64,000 nt of DNA, taken from the sequence record SRR20825006_492, one strand, 5' to 3'. The notes beneath the pieces are model-generated. The model was given only the letters and a program-made list of their open reading frames with translations, searched no databases and was not told the DNA's origin. The position numbers and the translations under genes are program-made. Numbering within the stretch: the first letter of the stretch is position 1; every line of letters starts with the position of its first letter. This document shows positions 1 through 9,443 of this stretch, piece by piece.

Positions 1-182
1 ATCACACCATTATTGATAATAATGGTACCATTTTCGATTATACCATTTGTAACGGTATAAATTTTAGCGTTGGTTAAAGCAAATTTACCACCTCGTGCTT
101 TATTCGCATCGTCACTTTGTGCGGTTGCAAAAATAGGAGCGAAGGTGAATACAAGTACTAGTATTTTTATAAATTTATTCAT
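1..182 (-). CDS. Amidohydrolase family protein, N-terminal part (runs off the window edge)
   Basis: Manual translation from ATG at 182 (alternative 188): MNKFIKILVLVFTFAPIFATAQSDDANKARGGKFALTNAKIYTVTNGIIENGTIIINNGV. Signal peptide plus the N-terminal beta-strands shared with the two neighbouring amidohydrolases. Confidence 0.75.
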   Translation of the reverse strand, partial: MNKFIKILVLVFTFAPIFATAQSDDANKARGGKFALTNAKIYTVTNGIIENGTIIINNGV

Positions 183-190
183 GATCATTC

Positions 191-1555
191 CTATTTGTTG
201 TTAAAGAGAACGTTGAAGTCAACCATCTCGGCATCTTGCATGCACTGGTGTTGGTCTTCACGATCAAATATTTGAACTACATCGATAGAAGACTCAGGAC
301 TAATGAAAATGCGCTGGTCTTTTGCATCGGTTGCTTTATCAAAGTATTTAACACCATCCACAAAAGTCATTTGAGGAATGGCATAAGTAGAAAGAGGATG
401 CTTGTCAAAAATAGTGATGTCGGCATCTTTACCTTTCTCAAGCGAACCTACTCTGTTATCAATACCGAGCTGTTTGGCAGGGTTTAATGTGATAAGAGCA
501 AGAGCTTCATTGTCACTGAGGTTGCCGTACTTTTGAGTTTTAGCAGCTTCATGGAAAAGGTGACGAATAAGTTCTCCTGAATCAGAGTTGATGGAAGTAG
601 TTACACCATTTTTTGTTAAGATTGCAGCGTTGTAAGCGGTTGAGTAATACACTTCCAACTTATATGCCCACCAATCAGCAAAAACGGATGCTGATGCGCC
701 AAAAGCTGCAAGCTCGGGCGCAACCTTGTATGCCTCGTTAGCGTGCTGGAAAGTCAATTTCTTTATGCCAAAGTCGGTAAAAACTTTCATCAACATATAG
801 ATTTCGTCAGCGCGGTAAGAGTGACAGTGAACTAATATTTTACCATCTAGAATTTCTACTAAGGTTTCCATTCTTAAGCTGTACTCTGGCGCTACTTTAC
901 GCTTACTTTTGTCGTTTCGGTAGTCTTCCCAATCTTTTTTATACACTAAAGCTTCTGAGAATGAATTACGAAGCATTGCTTCAACACCCATTCGACTTTG
1001 AGGCTGAATCCCACGAGAGCGGCCTCCACGTGTTGGGTTTTCACCGAGAGCAAATTTTATGGTACGAGGTGCATCTTCAAAACGAAGTTCATCAGGGTTG
1101 CTTGTTCCATAACGAAGTTTAAGTGTTTCGTTTCTACCACCAATTACGTTAGCAGAACCGTGCATAAGGTTGATAGTAGTTACACCACCAGCCAACGCTC
1201 TATAAATTGCGATGTCAAAAGGATCGACAACATCTTCCATACTTACTTCTGCTGTAACTTGGCTTGTGCCTTCGTTGATAGAAGTTCCTGCAATATGAGA
1301 ATGTGCATCTATAATGCCAGGCATTACGAACTTCCCATCAGCATCTATTATATCAACACCGTTTGGTGCTTTTATGTTTTTACCAATCTTTGAAATCTTT
1401 CCGTTCTGTACTAGAATGTCGGTGTTTTCAAGAGTACCGTTAGTTATAGTAAGTAGAGTACCGTTCTTAATAAGAACATCTCCTTTCTTAACTTGAGCTT
1501 GTGTAACTGTAGCTACAAGAAGAAATAAAACGGTGATTAAGCTAATTTTGTTCAT
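191..1555 (-). CDS. Secreted metal-dependent amidohydrolase
   Basis: PGIIDAHSH (HxH), HCHSY, QHANE, SINSD, GSLEKGKDAD motifs. Signal peptide from MNKISL at 1555, preceded by AAAGGA; ORF-track start at 1615 overlaps the upstream gene. Confidence 0.9.
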   Translation of the reverse strand: MNKISLITVLFLLVATVTQAQVKKGDVLIKNGTLLTITNGTLENTDILVQNGKISKIGKNIKAPNGVDIIDADGKFVMPGIIDAHSHIAGTSINEGTSQVTAEVSMEDVVDPFDIAIYRALAGGVTTINLMHGSANVIGGRNETLKLRYGTSNPDELRFEDAPRTIKFALGENPTRGGRSRGIQPQSRMGVEAMLRNSFSEALVYKKDWEDYRNDKSKRKVAPEYSLRMETLVEILDGKILVHCHSYRADEIYMLMKVFTDFGIKKLTFQHANEAYKVAPELAAFGASASVFADWWAYKLEVYYSTAYNAAILTKNGVTTSINSDSGELIRHLFHEAAKTQKYGNLSDNEALALITLNPAKQLGIDNRVGSLEKGKDADITIFDKHPLSTYAIPQMTFVDGVKYFDKATDAKDQRIFISPESSIDVVQIFDREDQHQCMQDAEMVDFNVLFNNK

Positions 1556-1571
1556 ATTTAATCCTTTCATC

Positions 1572-3260
1572 TTATTTAGCCTCATCTTTTGTTGCTGTGA
1601 ACGGAAATGAGACATTGAATACAGCTATCGAAGCTTCGGCATCAAACTCATTATCGGTAACTGTTCCTACTACCACAATTTCGATGGATTGCCCACCGCC
1701 ATCAAAAGAGAAATCAAAACTTAATGAACCATCAAGAAAAGTAAGGTTGTTTAAGTCGCTATCTGGTCCGCCTTGCATTCCTGAAAGAGTACCAGCTAAT
1801 TCTCCGTCTTCATTGGTTATGGTCATGGTGCCAGTTTGTACGCCTTGCGGAGATTCAACAGTGTATTCCCAAGTTCCAACGACAGCATTGAGACCAGTTG
1901 CATTGGCTTTAGAACCGTTAGCTTCTTTTTTCTCTTTTAAATCGTATTCGTATCTGTCACCATCTACAAAAACGTATTTAATTTGTGATTTTTTATCGAA
2001 AATCGGGCCATTTGTAATAACAGCGTTAGCTAGTTTTCCTGATTCAAGTGTTCCAGCAATGTTATCGATACCAAGAAGTTGGGCTGCATTGATAGTTAGG
2101 GAAGCCAATAAAGCATCTTCACTTAATCCGTTTTCAATCAAAGTGAGGAAATTGTCTTTAATTTTACTTCCTGTAGTTTCCATTGTAGAGATTCCGAACT
2201 TGATACCAGCTTTTTCCATATTAGAAAACTGTGTTAAGTACTTTTTGTAGAATTCCATTCTACGTTCTTCAAGTTGCTTCACTTCGTCCGTTTTCTTTTT
2301 GTCTTTTGAAGCTTTTGGTTCTTTGGGTAAGTCGAGAGATAAAAATACTTTTGCATTGCTTTCTTTAATAGCGCTGCTAAGATCCCAACCTTCCTTTAGA
2401 TTTCCGAGTACAAGACTAAAACCCAACTCTTTTTGAAGTCGCATTGCGCGGCGAGCTTCGAGAGAAGAAGAAGCGTTATAGAAAACTGGTTTTTGCTTGC
2501 TTACAACAGGATAAAAAGCTTCCAGTGTACGGTCGCGTGTTGGGCGTTCCATTCCTGTAGGGTTAGAAGCATACATCTCAGTATGTTGTTTAGAGAATTC
2601 TGCATTTCTATACAAATCTCTCCATTTGGCCATGATTCCAAGTGTATTGCCAGGATAAGCACCAGGAGCACCAACAAACTGTGTGTACATCGACACATCT
2701 TCAGAAAGTATTAACTCATCAGCATGAGTGGCATCTTTAAGAGTGATGATAGAACCTGAACCTGGAAGCATTCTTCCATAAGGCACAGAATGCGAAATGG
2801 TGAATCCAGCTTTTCTCAGATCATCGATGCTTTTTTCATCAATTTTAAGTTGCTGAGTAACTTGAAGTTCAGGGGTTATTCCTGCATAATCGTTTGGAGG
2901 ATTAGGAGTGAATAAGCCATCAGGACGTTTCATTTGTTCAGGGCGATCAGCACCTGTATAAGACATTCCGTCTATGAATCCTGGGTATATAAATAGGTCT
3001 GTTCCATCTATTACTTCTGCGTTATCAGGGATGTTTGTATTAGCTCCAACAGAGCTGATGAGCCCGTTGTTGAATATAATAGTAGCACCTTCAATAACTT
3101 TCCCTGGAGCTTGTACAATAGTAGCATTTGTAATTGCATAAGTACGTGTCGCAGGAGATTTTCCAGTTGGATCGCTTTGAGCTAATATGCCAAAAGACAG
3201 AAACAACATTGGAAGAAGTGTTAACAGACGAAAAGTAGTTTTCCGTAGTAGTAGCTTCAT
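1572..3260 (-). CDS. Secreted amidohydrolase-fold protein with degenerate metal site and extra C-terminal beta domain
   Basis: YPGFIDGMSY in place of PGxIDxHxH; GTLESGKLAN; signal peptide; C-terminal ~100 aa starting GTWEYTVESPQG. Confidence 0.8.
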   Translation of the reverse strand: MKLLLRKTTFRLLTLLPMLFLSFGILAQSDPTGKSPATRTYAITNATIVQAPGKVIEGATIIFNNGLISSVGANTNIPDNAEVIDGTDLFIYPGFIDGMSYTGADRPEQMKRPDGLFTPNPPNDYAGITPELQVTQQLKIDEKSIDDLRKAGFTISHSVPYGRMLPGSGSIITLKDATHADELILSEDVSMYTQFVGAPGAYPGNTLGIMAKWRDLYRNAEFSKQHTEMYASNPTGMERPTRDRTLEAFYPVVSKQKPVFYNASSSLEARRAMRLQKELGFSLVLGNLKEGWDLSSAIKESNAKVFLSLDLPKEPKASKDKKKTDEVKQLEERRMEFYKKYLTQFSNMEKAGIKFGISTMETTGSKIKDNFLTLIENGLSEDALLASLTINAAQLLGIDNIAGTLESGKLANAVITNGPIFDKKSQIKYVFVDGDRYEYDLKEKKEANGSKANATGLNAVVGTWEYTVESPQGVQTGTMTITNEDGELAGTLSGMQGGPDSDLNNLTFLDGSLSFDFSFDGGGQSIEIVVVGTVTDNEFDAEASIAVFNVSFPFTATKDEAK

Positions 3261-3384
3261 TCTATATATTTTGAGTTGTTAAAGTATAATTCGCCAATAT
3301 ATATTTTTGAAGTTGACTACGCTATTAATAAAGTCTCTGATTAAGTAAAAAAGTGTTGTAACTAAGTTGAATAGTTCTCAATTC

Positions 3385-3696
3385 TTAATGAGCATTTTCC
3401 TTTTTATAGCTTGCTAATAGGAATGTTTCGGCGACAGAGGGTTTAAAATAGAGATTTCTTACTTTTTTATAGTCTGAATTGGAGAAGAATTCATCCATCG
3501 CCTTTTGAGAAGGGAAGTAGATAGTAAAGACCCGATTTATAGACTTTTCAGCTTCAGGAAAAAGAACTTCCGAAACTTTGAAATCATAGCCAAAGCCGCC
3601 GCCATAGCTTTCTAATATGGGTTTCATGGCAGTTCGGTATTGTTGATAAACTTCATCGTTGGTAATATTTAAGCCAACTAAACGCTCGTATTGCAT
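3385..3696 (-). CDS. DUF1330-like small protein
   Basis: 103 aa with YQQYRTAMKPILESYGG...FPSQKAMDEFFSNSDY pattern typical of this family. Confidence 0.7.
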   Translation of the reverse strand: MQYERLVGLNITNDEVYQQYRTAMKPILESYGGGFGYDFKVSEVLFPEAEKSINRVFTIYFPSQKAMDEFFSNSDYKKVRNLYFKPSVAETFLLASYKKENAH

Positions 3697-3713
3697 GCTC
3701 TTGGTAATTCAGA

Positions 3714-5453
3714 TTATGTGTGGTAAGATTTTTTATTCCAAACTAAACTAACAGTAATACCAATAACTACAACTACAAAGGTTCCTAAGGGGTTTAACCA
3801 GAGAAATTCAATGGCTTTGGAATAGGATTCTGGAACTTGAGTCCATGGCAAAAAGAAAGAGTAATCGTTAGTAGAAGCGTTATAAAAAAGTCTATCAAAG
3901 GTGAAAACAGAAAGCATACCCGTAAGTAAACCAGTTAACGCACCTCGGCCATTTGCTCTTTTCACCCAAAGTAGAAGAATAAAAACACCTAAAATGGAAC
4001 CATAAAAATAACTACCTATTTGGTTTATTAGTTCAATAATAGATTTTGTTTCACCAAGAACCATTGCGGAACCCGTTGCAATAAGTCCCCAAAGTAAAGT
4101 TGCCACCCGTGATGAGTTTAGATAATGAACCTCAGATTGTTTATTTAAACCCAATCTCTGGTACCAATCTACAATACTTACGGTAGTTAGTGCATTTAAT
4201 TCGCTATCAATGGAACTCATCGCCGCTGCAAAAATACCAGCTACAATCAATCCCACTAAACCAATTGGGATGTGTTTTAGAATGAAATAAGGAAAGATGT
4301 AATTGGTATCATTAACATCTGTTTGGGTGATTTCAGCCTGAAAAGCGAGCTCTTTATTGCGGGCTTGATTAAGCATTTCATCAGCCTTAACGAAAGCACT
4401 CTTAGTTTCACTATTTCGAGTAGAAACAGCCATAAGAGCCGTTTCTTCCCTAAGTTTAAGTGCCGTTTGGTACTCTTGATAGATTTCTAGTTCTTCATCA
4501 ATTTGTTCCTGTGTTTGTGCGGTAGTATCTGTATTTCTAAAAGAAATAGGAGTGGGTTGAAATATGAAAAACACATACAGCATCACTCCAAGTAATAGAA
4601 TAAAAAACTGCATAGGAACTTTAGCGTAAGCTGAAAGCAGTAGAGATTTTTGAGCGTCTTTGAGAGATGAAGTTGTTAGATAGCGCTGAACTTGGGTTTG
4701 ATCTGTTCCGAAGTAAGAGAGCATGAGGAATAAAGCTGCAAAAACTCCACTCCAAACATTATACTTTTCACTAAGGTCGAACTCTAAATCAAGCGCTGTA
4801 AGTTTGTTTACACTGCCCGCTAAATAAAGTGCATCACCAAAATTCACGTTTTCTGGTAGTTCAAATAGAATTAGTGCAAAGCAGAAAATTAAGCCAAACA
4901 TCATGATGGCCATTTGCTTTACATCGGTAGAAATTACGCCCGCTGCTCCACCAACCATAGTATAACCTGTTGCTAATATTCCAATAATAAGAATGGTTAC
5001 GGAAAGTGGAAGTCCCAACAAGAGTGCTAATACATACGATGGTGCAGCGATTACAGCACCAAGTGCTAATCCCCGCGAAATCAAGAATAAGCCACTTGTG
5101 GTGAGGCGTGTTTTCAATCCAAAACGTTCTTCAAGAACTTGGTAGGCAGTAAAAGCTTTTAGTTTATGGAAGTATGGTACTACCGTTATACAAATAATAA
5201 CCATCGCAAAAGGTATTGCTAGATAAACTTGCACAAAGCGCATGTCTTCTACATAAGCAATCCCAGTTGTTCCAATAAATGTAATAGCGGAAGCTTGGGT
5301 TGCCATAATGGAAAGTCCTGCAGCCCACCACGGCATAGATCGATTGGCGAGTAAAAATCCTTCAATATTATGTGAGTTTTTGCCCTGTCTTGTTCCATCC
5401 CAAACGATATAAGCCAAGAACGAAAATAGAATGGTCCAATCAATCCAATGCAT
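3714..5453 (-). CDS. Sodium:solute symporter (SSS family)
   Basis: FLLANRSMPWW, ATQASAITFIG, GTDQTQVQRYL, AAAMSSIDSELN motifs; many TM helices. Confidence 0.92.
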   Translation of the reverse strand: MHWIDWTILFSFLAYIVWDGTRQGKNSHNIEGFLLANRSMPWWAAGLSIMATQASAITFIGTTGIAYVEDMRFVQVYLAIPFAMVIICITVVPYFHKLKAFTAYQVLEERFGLKTRLTTSGLFLISRGLALGAVIAAPSYVLALLLGLPLSVTILIIGILATGYTMVGGAAGVISTDVKQMAIMMFGLIFCFALILFELPENVNFGDALYLAGSVNKLTALDLEFDLSEKYNVWSGVFAALFLMLSYFGTDQTQVQRYLTTSSLKDAQKSLLLSAYAKVPMQFFILLLGVMLYVFFIFQPTPISFRNTDTTAQTQEQIDEELEIYQEYQTALKLREETALMAVSTRNSETKSAFVKADEMLNQARNKELAFQAEITQTDVNDTNYIFPYFILKHIPIGLVGLIVAGIFAAAMSSIDSELNALTTVSIVDWYQRLGLNKQSEVHYLNSSRVATLLWGLIATGSAMVLGETKSIIELINQIGSYFYGSILGVFILLLWVKRANGRGALTGLLTGMLSVFTFDRLFYNASTNDYSFFLPWTQVPESYSKAIEFLWLNPLGTFVVVVIGITVSLVWNKKSYHT

Positions 5454-5456
5454 GAG

Positions 5457-5567
5457 TTACGGTAAATTGAATGTGGAGGTGAACCAATAAAAAAGCAAGA
5501 TGTAAACCACCCCTGATAGCAATACAAGAGTATAGGTTTTTGATAGTGATTTGGACGTTTTAGGCAT
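5457..5567 (-). CDS. 36-aa single-pass membrane protein directly upstream of the SSS gene (not in ORF track)
   Basis: ATG at 5567 to TAA at 5457: MPKTSKSLSKTYTLVLLSGVVYILLFYWFTSTFNLP. Stop lies 3 nt before the SSS start; basic N-terminus plus one hydrophobic helix. Confidence 0.7.
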   Translation of the reverse strand: MPKTSKSLSKTYTLVLLSGVVYILLFYWFTSTFNLP

Positions 5568-5639
5568 TGTAAAGTTTACAGAAAATCTGATTGTAAGCCG
5601 AACTTAGAATGTAAAAATCTTACCTATCGTTCGGATTGT

Positions 5640-5668
5640 TAGGGGTAGAGACTTTGCGAACCGTCTAA
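5640..5668 (+). promoter_or_regulatory. Putative ECF-sigma promoter upstream of nagB (TAGGGGTAG-N13-CGTCTAA)
   Basis: Same bipartite motif with identical spacing recurs at 8237-8265; the CGTCT-like -10 box resembles ECF promoters. Confidence 0.65.
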
Positions 5669-5671
5669 TAC

Positions 5672-5679
5672 CAAAGATA
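5672..5679 (-). promoter_or_regulatory. Putative housekeeping -7 element (TATCTTTG) for the small-protein/SSS operon
   Basis: Matches the Bacteroidota sigma-70 TAnnTTTG consensus on the minus strand, about 105 nt upstream of the ATG at 5567. Confidence 0.4.
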
Positions 5680-5725
5680 GTGCGTAGTAATTTCCAAAGA
5701 AAGGACTGATACAACCTTTATTTAT

Positions 5726-6478
5726 ATGAATATAAACATATTTGAAAATTCCAGTTTAGGTAGCCAATTTGTTGCTAACCGGATTGGGAAAGTTTTAGCC
5801 GCTCGAAATTTAGTTTCCAAGCCCACGGTTTTAGGGTTGGCAACAGGAAGTACGCCTATTGAGGTTTATGATGAGCTTATTAAGAAGTACCGTAATGAGG
5901 GGTTGAGTTTTAAAAACGTAGTTACGTTTAATTTGGATGAGTACTATCCGATGGAGCCTTCTGATGTGCAAAGCTATTATTACTTTATGCACCAAAATTT
6001 ATTTAATGCTATTGATATTCAGCCGAGTAACGTTTTTATCCCAAATGGCGAAATTCATGAGCATAAAATCATTAAGTATTGCGAACAATACGATGATAAA
6101 ATAGCTGAAGTTGGTGGAATTGATATTCAGATTTTAGGAATTGGAGCTAATGGTCACATTGGTTTTAATGAGCCTGGATCAGAAAGAAAATCAGCTACCC
6201 GATTTGTTACGCTAGATGAGCAAACAAGAAAAGATGCCTCATATACTTTTAATGGTATTGAAAATGTACCAGAAAGTGCAATAACAATGGGCATAGATAC
6301 CATCTTGAAAGCAAAAGAAATTCTAATATTGGCGTGGGGAAAAAGAAAAGCCGAAATCATTAAGCAATGCTTATTTGGTGAGGTTACGAGTACTAAACCC
6401 GCAACATTTTTACAAGCACACCCAAATGTAAATGTTGTGTTAGATGTCGAAGCTGCGTCACTTTTAGATTTAGATTAA
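5726..6478 (+). CDS. nagB: Glucosamine-6-phosphate deaminase
   Basis: LGLATGSTP, FNLDEY, GIGANGHIGFNEPG, AITMGI motifs. Confidence 0.95.
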   Translation: MNINIFENSSLGSQFVANRIGKVLAARNLVSKPTVLGLATGSTPIEVYDELIKKYRNEGLSFKNVVTFNLDEYYPMEPSDVQSYYYFMHQNLFNAIDIQPSNVFIPNGEIHEHKIIKYCEQYDDKIAEVGGIDIQILGIGANGHIGFNEPGSERKSATRFVTLDEQTRKDASYTFNGIENVPESAITMGIDTILKAKEILILAWGKRKAEIIKQCLFGEVTSTKPATFLQAHPNVNVVLDVEAASLLDLD

Positions 6479-6532
6479 AATGAACGTCGAAATAATGAAG
6501 ATAAATATCCTAACAAAAACAAAGGAGTTATA

Positions 6533-7399
6533 ATGAGAAAAATAATAACGTTAATGCTTGCTGCCTTCTTGGTAGTTCCTAGTGTGCTTTTTGCTCAGCC
6601 AGAAGTACCAGTAGAAAAGTGGACCGGTAAAACTATTCTATTGATTGGAGCTCACCCTGATGATGATGGCGGCTCACATGGTACTTTAGCTAAATTACAA
6701 GCAAATGGTAACCAAGTGTACGTAATGCTTTTAACTACTGGTAACGTAGGAACAAGCGACCCAACAATGACTAGAGATCAATTATCTAAAATTCGTCGTC
6801 AAGAAGAAGTTGATGCTTTAAAAGAATTAGGTATCCCAGAAGATCATTATATCAACTTGGGCTACACTGATGGTATGCTAGAGTTTGCTGACAAAGAAGA
6901 AGTTGTTAAGCAAATGGTATATTGGATTAGAAAACTAAAGCCAACAACGCTAATGGGCTTTGATCCTGGCTATGGCTACCAACAATGGCACAAAGCAGAT
7001 CACAGAACTGCTGCTTACTTAACAGTTGATGCTGCACGTGCCGCTGAGTGGAGACTAATTTTCCCAAGCCAAATAATTAACCAAGGCTTAGAAGAGCATA
7101 GTGTATCAGATTACTTGTTCTATAGCTCAACAGGTGATGGTCAAAACACAGTAGTAGACATTTCTGATTTTGCTGAAAACAAAGTCCGTTCTTTGTCTAA
7201 ATATATTAGCCAGTTTACTTCTGCTTTTAAGAACTACACAGGTCCTAACCCAAGTGACTTACCAGGTAACGAAGGTAAAGAATTTGTAGAGCGCATGCGT
7301 CAGCGTGTTTTCGAAAGAGGTACCCTTAACGGTAAGCAAATCGAAAGATTCCGTTACTACAAAGGTGCGCCAGACGGAGCAGGTTCAAGAAGAAATTAG
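6533..7399 (+). CDS. Exported PIG-L/LmbE family deacetylase
   Basis: GAHPDD, RRQE, HKADH motifs; Sec signal peptide ending VLFA. Confidence 0.88.
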   Translation: MRKIITLMLAAFLVVPSVLFAQPEVPVEKWTGKTILLIGAHPDDDGGSHGTLAKLQANGNQVYVMLLTTGNVGTSDPTMTRDQLSKIRRQEEVDALKELGIPEDHYINLGYTDGMLEFADKEEVVKQMVYWIRKLKPTTLMGFDPGYGYQQWHKADHRTAAYLTVDAARAAEWRLIFPSQIINQGLEEHSVSDYLFYSSTGDGQNTVVDISDFAENKVRSLSKYISQFTSAFKNYTGPNPSDLPGNEGKEFVERMRQRVFERGTLNGKQIERFRYYKGAPDGAGSRRN

Positions 7400-7436
7400 A
7401 GTAATATTTATTTCTTGATTCAATAAAAACATAAAT

Positions 7437-7468
7437 AAGCAGTGGGCCTTTTTGGCTTGCTGCTTTTT
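7437..7468 (+). terminator. Intrinsic terminator after nagB-deacetylase
   Basis: AAGCAGTGGGCC-TTTTT-GGCTTGCTGCTT hairpin (with GU pairs) running into a T-tract. Confidence 0.7.
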
Positions 7469-7615
7469 GTGTATTTGTAAAATAATATTATTGTTTATAA
7501 GGGTGCTTATTAGAGATATAATGCCGTAATTAATAGGATGAATTCTATATAATAAATGGACTGGTAGAAAATACAAAGGCAATGATTTTTTTAAGAGGAC
7601 TGGGTATATAACGAT

Positions 7616-8227
7616 ATGCTGCTATTTGCATATCTCGAAGACAATACATCTAAGGAAGGACCTAATAACGACTTTGAGCGTGTGGCCAAGATACGTGCTG
7701 GAGACGAAAAAGCGTTTGAAGAGCTTTTTTTCGAGTATTATAACCAGTTAAGCCGTTTTGCAAATACAATTACTAGATCTAGAGAATTTGCAAGAGATAC
7801 CGTGCAGGATGTATTTCTTAAAATTTGGAGAAATAGAGCTAATTGGGAAATACATGTTTCTATAAAAGTATATCTCTACCAATCAGTTAGAAATCAATCG
7901 CTAAACCTATTAGAGAAGCAAAAAACCCGCCAGCGATTAAATGAAAAACTACAATTAGATCAAAGTAGTTATGTAAACCGCTATTACGAGAGTGATAACT
8001 ATCCAAGTTCAATAAGTGATAGGGAATTAAAGCTTGTTAAAAGAATTTGGGAGGTTGTGGAGCAAATGCCCGAAAGACGAAAATTAGTATTTGAGCTGCA
8101 CCGAAAGCATGGCCTAAGCTATAAGGAAATTGCCAAAGTCTTAGATATTGCCCGGAAGACAGTTGAGAATCATGTAGCTCAGGCGCTACAATTTTTACGA
8201 GACAATATAGATGCTAACGATTATTGA
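7616..8227 (+). CDS. ECF-type RNA polymerase sigma-70 factor
   Basis: GDEKAFEELF, DTVQDVFLKIW (region 2), GLSYKEIAKVLDIARKTVENH (region 4 HTH); adjacent to FecR. Confidence 0.93.
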   Translation: MLLFAYLEDNTSKEGPNNDFERVAKIRAGDEKAFEELFFEYYNQLSRFANTITRSREFARDTVQDVFLKIWRNRANWEIHVSIKVYLYQSVRNQSLNLLEKQKTRQRLNEKLQLDQSSYVNRYYESDNYPSSISDRELKLVKRIWEVVEQMPERRKLVFELHRKHGLSYKEIAKVLDIARKTVENHVAQALQFLRDNIDANDY

Positions 8228-8236
8228 TATTTTTCA

Positions 8237-8265
8237 TAGGGGTAGTTTAAAACTCTACTGTCTTA
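8237..8265 (+). promoter_or_regulatory. Putative ECF-sigma promoter upstream of fecR-susC-susD (TAGGGGTAG-N13-TGTCTTA)
   Basis: Lies between the sigma stop and fecR start; duplicate of the motif at 5640-5668. Confidence 0.65.
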
Positions 8266-8295
8266 CTAGAAATATACACCACTAAAATAACGAAA

Positions 8296-9345
8296 TTGGA
8301 TATCAAGCTTGTAGCTAAATATTTAGCTAAAGAGTGTACAAACGAAGAAAAAGCAACTCTTAATGAGTGGCTTTCAGAGAACTCAGAAAATGCAGATCGC
8401 ATGAAAGAGTTTGAAAGGATATGGGAAGTTTCTGGGAAGAATAACGAGTTTGAAAATATCTTTAATACGGAATTAGATTGGGCAGTGCTACAAAGTAGAA
8501 TTGATGACGAGTCTTTGATGCCAAATTCTCGTAGTGGTGCAAGAGGCGGTATGTTTTCACTTAACTCAGCTTGGTCTGTTGCAATACGCGTTGCCGCTAT
8601 TTTTCTTTTGGCGGCTTTGTTAGGTACTTATACCTACAAGTCTTTTTATGTACAAGAATCAGAGGTTGTGGAAAATGTTTTTCGGGAAATCTCTATGGCT
8701 AAAGGCCAGCGTGGTGGTGTAACGCTTTCTGACGGAACTAAAGTGTATCTAAACTCAGATAGCAAAATTGTATTACCTAGCGTATTTGAAAATGATTTGC
8801 GAGAAGTCTATTTAGAAGGTGAGGCATTTTTTGATGTTGCAAAAAACCCTAATAGACCTTTTATAATTAAAACAAAAGGCGCGATAGTACAGGTTCTAGG
8901 AACTTCTTTGTCGGTTAGAAATTATGCGGATGACAAAGCAGTTCAAGCAGTTGTAGAAGAGGGTGTAGTTTCCTTCCGCGCAGAAGATAAATCGCTGAAT
9001 GAGGGTGTTATACTTACTGCGGGTAAGCTTGGGCGGTTGAATTTAGAGAACAAAGTAATTGTAAAAGAACAAGTAGACGACCTAGAACTCTACTTGAGCT
9101 GGAAAGAAGGATATTTGAAGTTTAATGATGCGTCAATGAAAGAAGTGGCGCAGCAGCTAGAGCGTAAATATGATATTGAGGTGAACTTCGTCTCGAAAGA
9201 TATCGCAGAATTGCATTTAACAGCCGAATTAAAAAGCCGGTCTATTAACAATGTACTTCAAACAATAGCTACGTCGCTAGGACTTCAATATAAGCTAAAC
9301 CAAGATCGTGTTGATTTTAGCCTGGAGGGTGGGTCTAATAATTAA
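8296..9345 (+). CDS. FecR-family anti-sigma factor
   Basis: Single TM helix, then VTLSDGTKVYLNSDS, REVYLEGEAFFDVAKNPNRPF, VQVLGT, SWKEG; TTG start. Confidence 0.93.
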   Translation: MDIKLVAKYLAKECTNEEKATLNEWLSENSENADRMKEFERIWEVSGKNNEFENIFNTELDWAVLQSRIDDESLMPNSRSGARGGMFSLNSAWSVAIRVAAIFLLAALLGTYTYKSFYVQESEVVENVFREISMAKGQRGGVTLSDGTKVYLNSDSKIVLPSVFENDLREVYLEGEAFFDVAKNPNRPFIIKTKGAIVQVLGTSLSVRNYADDKAVQAVVEEGVVSFRAEDKSLNEGVILTAGKLGRLNLENKVIVKEQVDDLELYLSWKEGYLKFNDASMKEVAQQLERKYDIEVNFVSKDIAELHLTAELKSRSINNVLQTIATSLGLQYKLNQDRVDFSLEGGSNN

Positions 9346-9443
9346 TATAGACCTCAAAAACAGATATAGAATTGCATTTTTGGAAGCGCTTTTACAAAGA
9401 GCTAGGCGAAATACTAAATAATAACTAGTTATAGAGGACACGT

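Noticed and set aside
5568-5634. Short palindromes TGTAAA-G-TTTACA and CCGAAC...GTTCGG in the SSS/nagB divergent region
   Set aside because: Six-bp arms are expected by chance and I saw no second copy in the locus.
9381-9396. TGGAAGCGCTTTTACA upstream of susC, resembling a LacI/cre-type operator (core AAGCGCTT)
   Set aside because: Single copy, only an 8-bp palindrome, and no LacI-family gene in the window.
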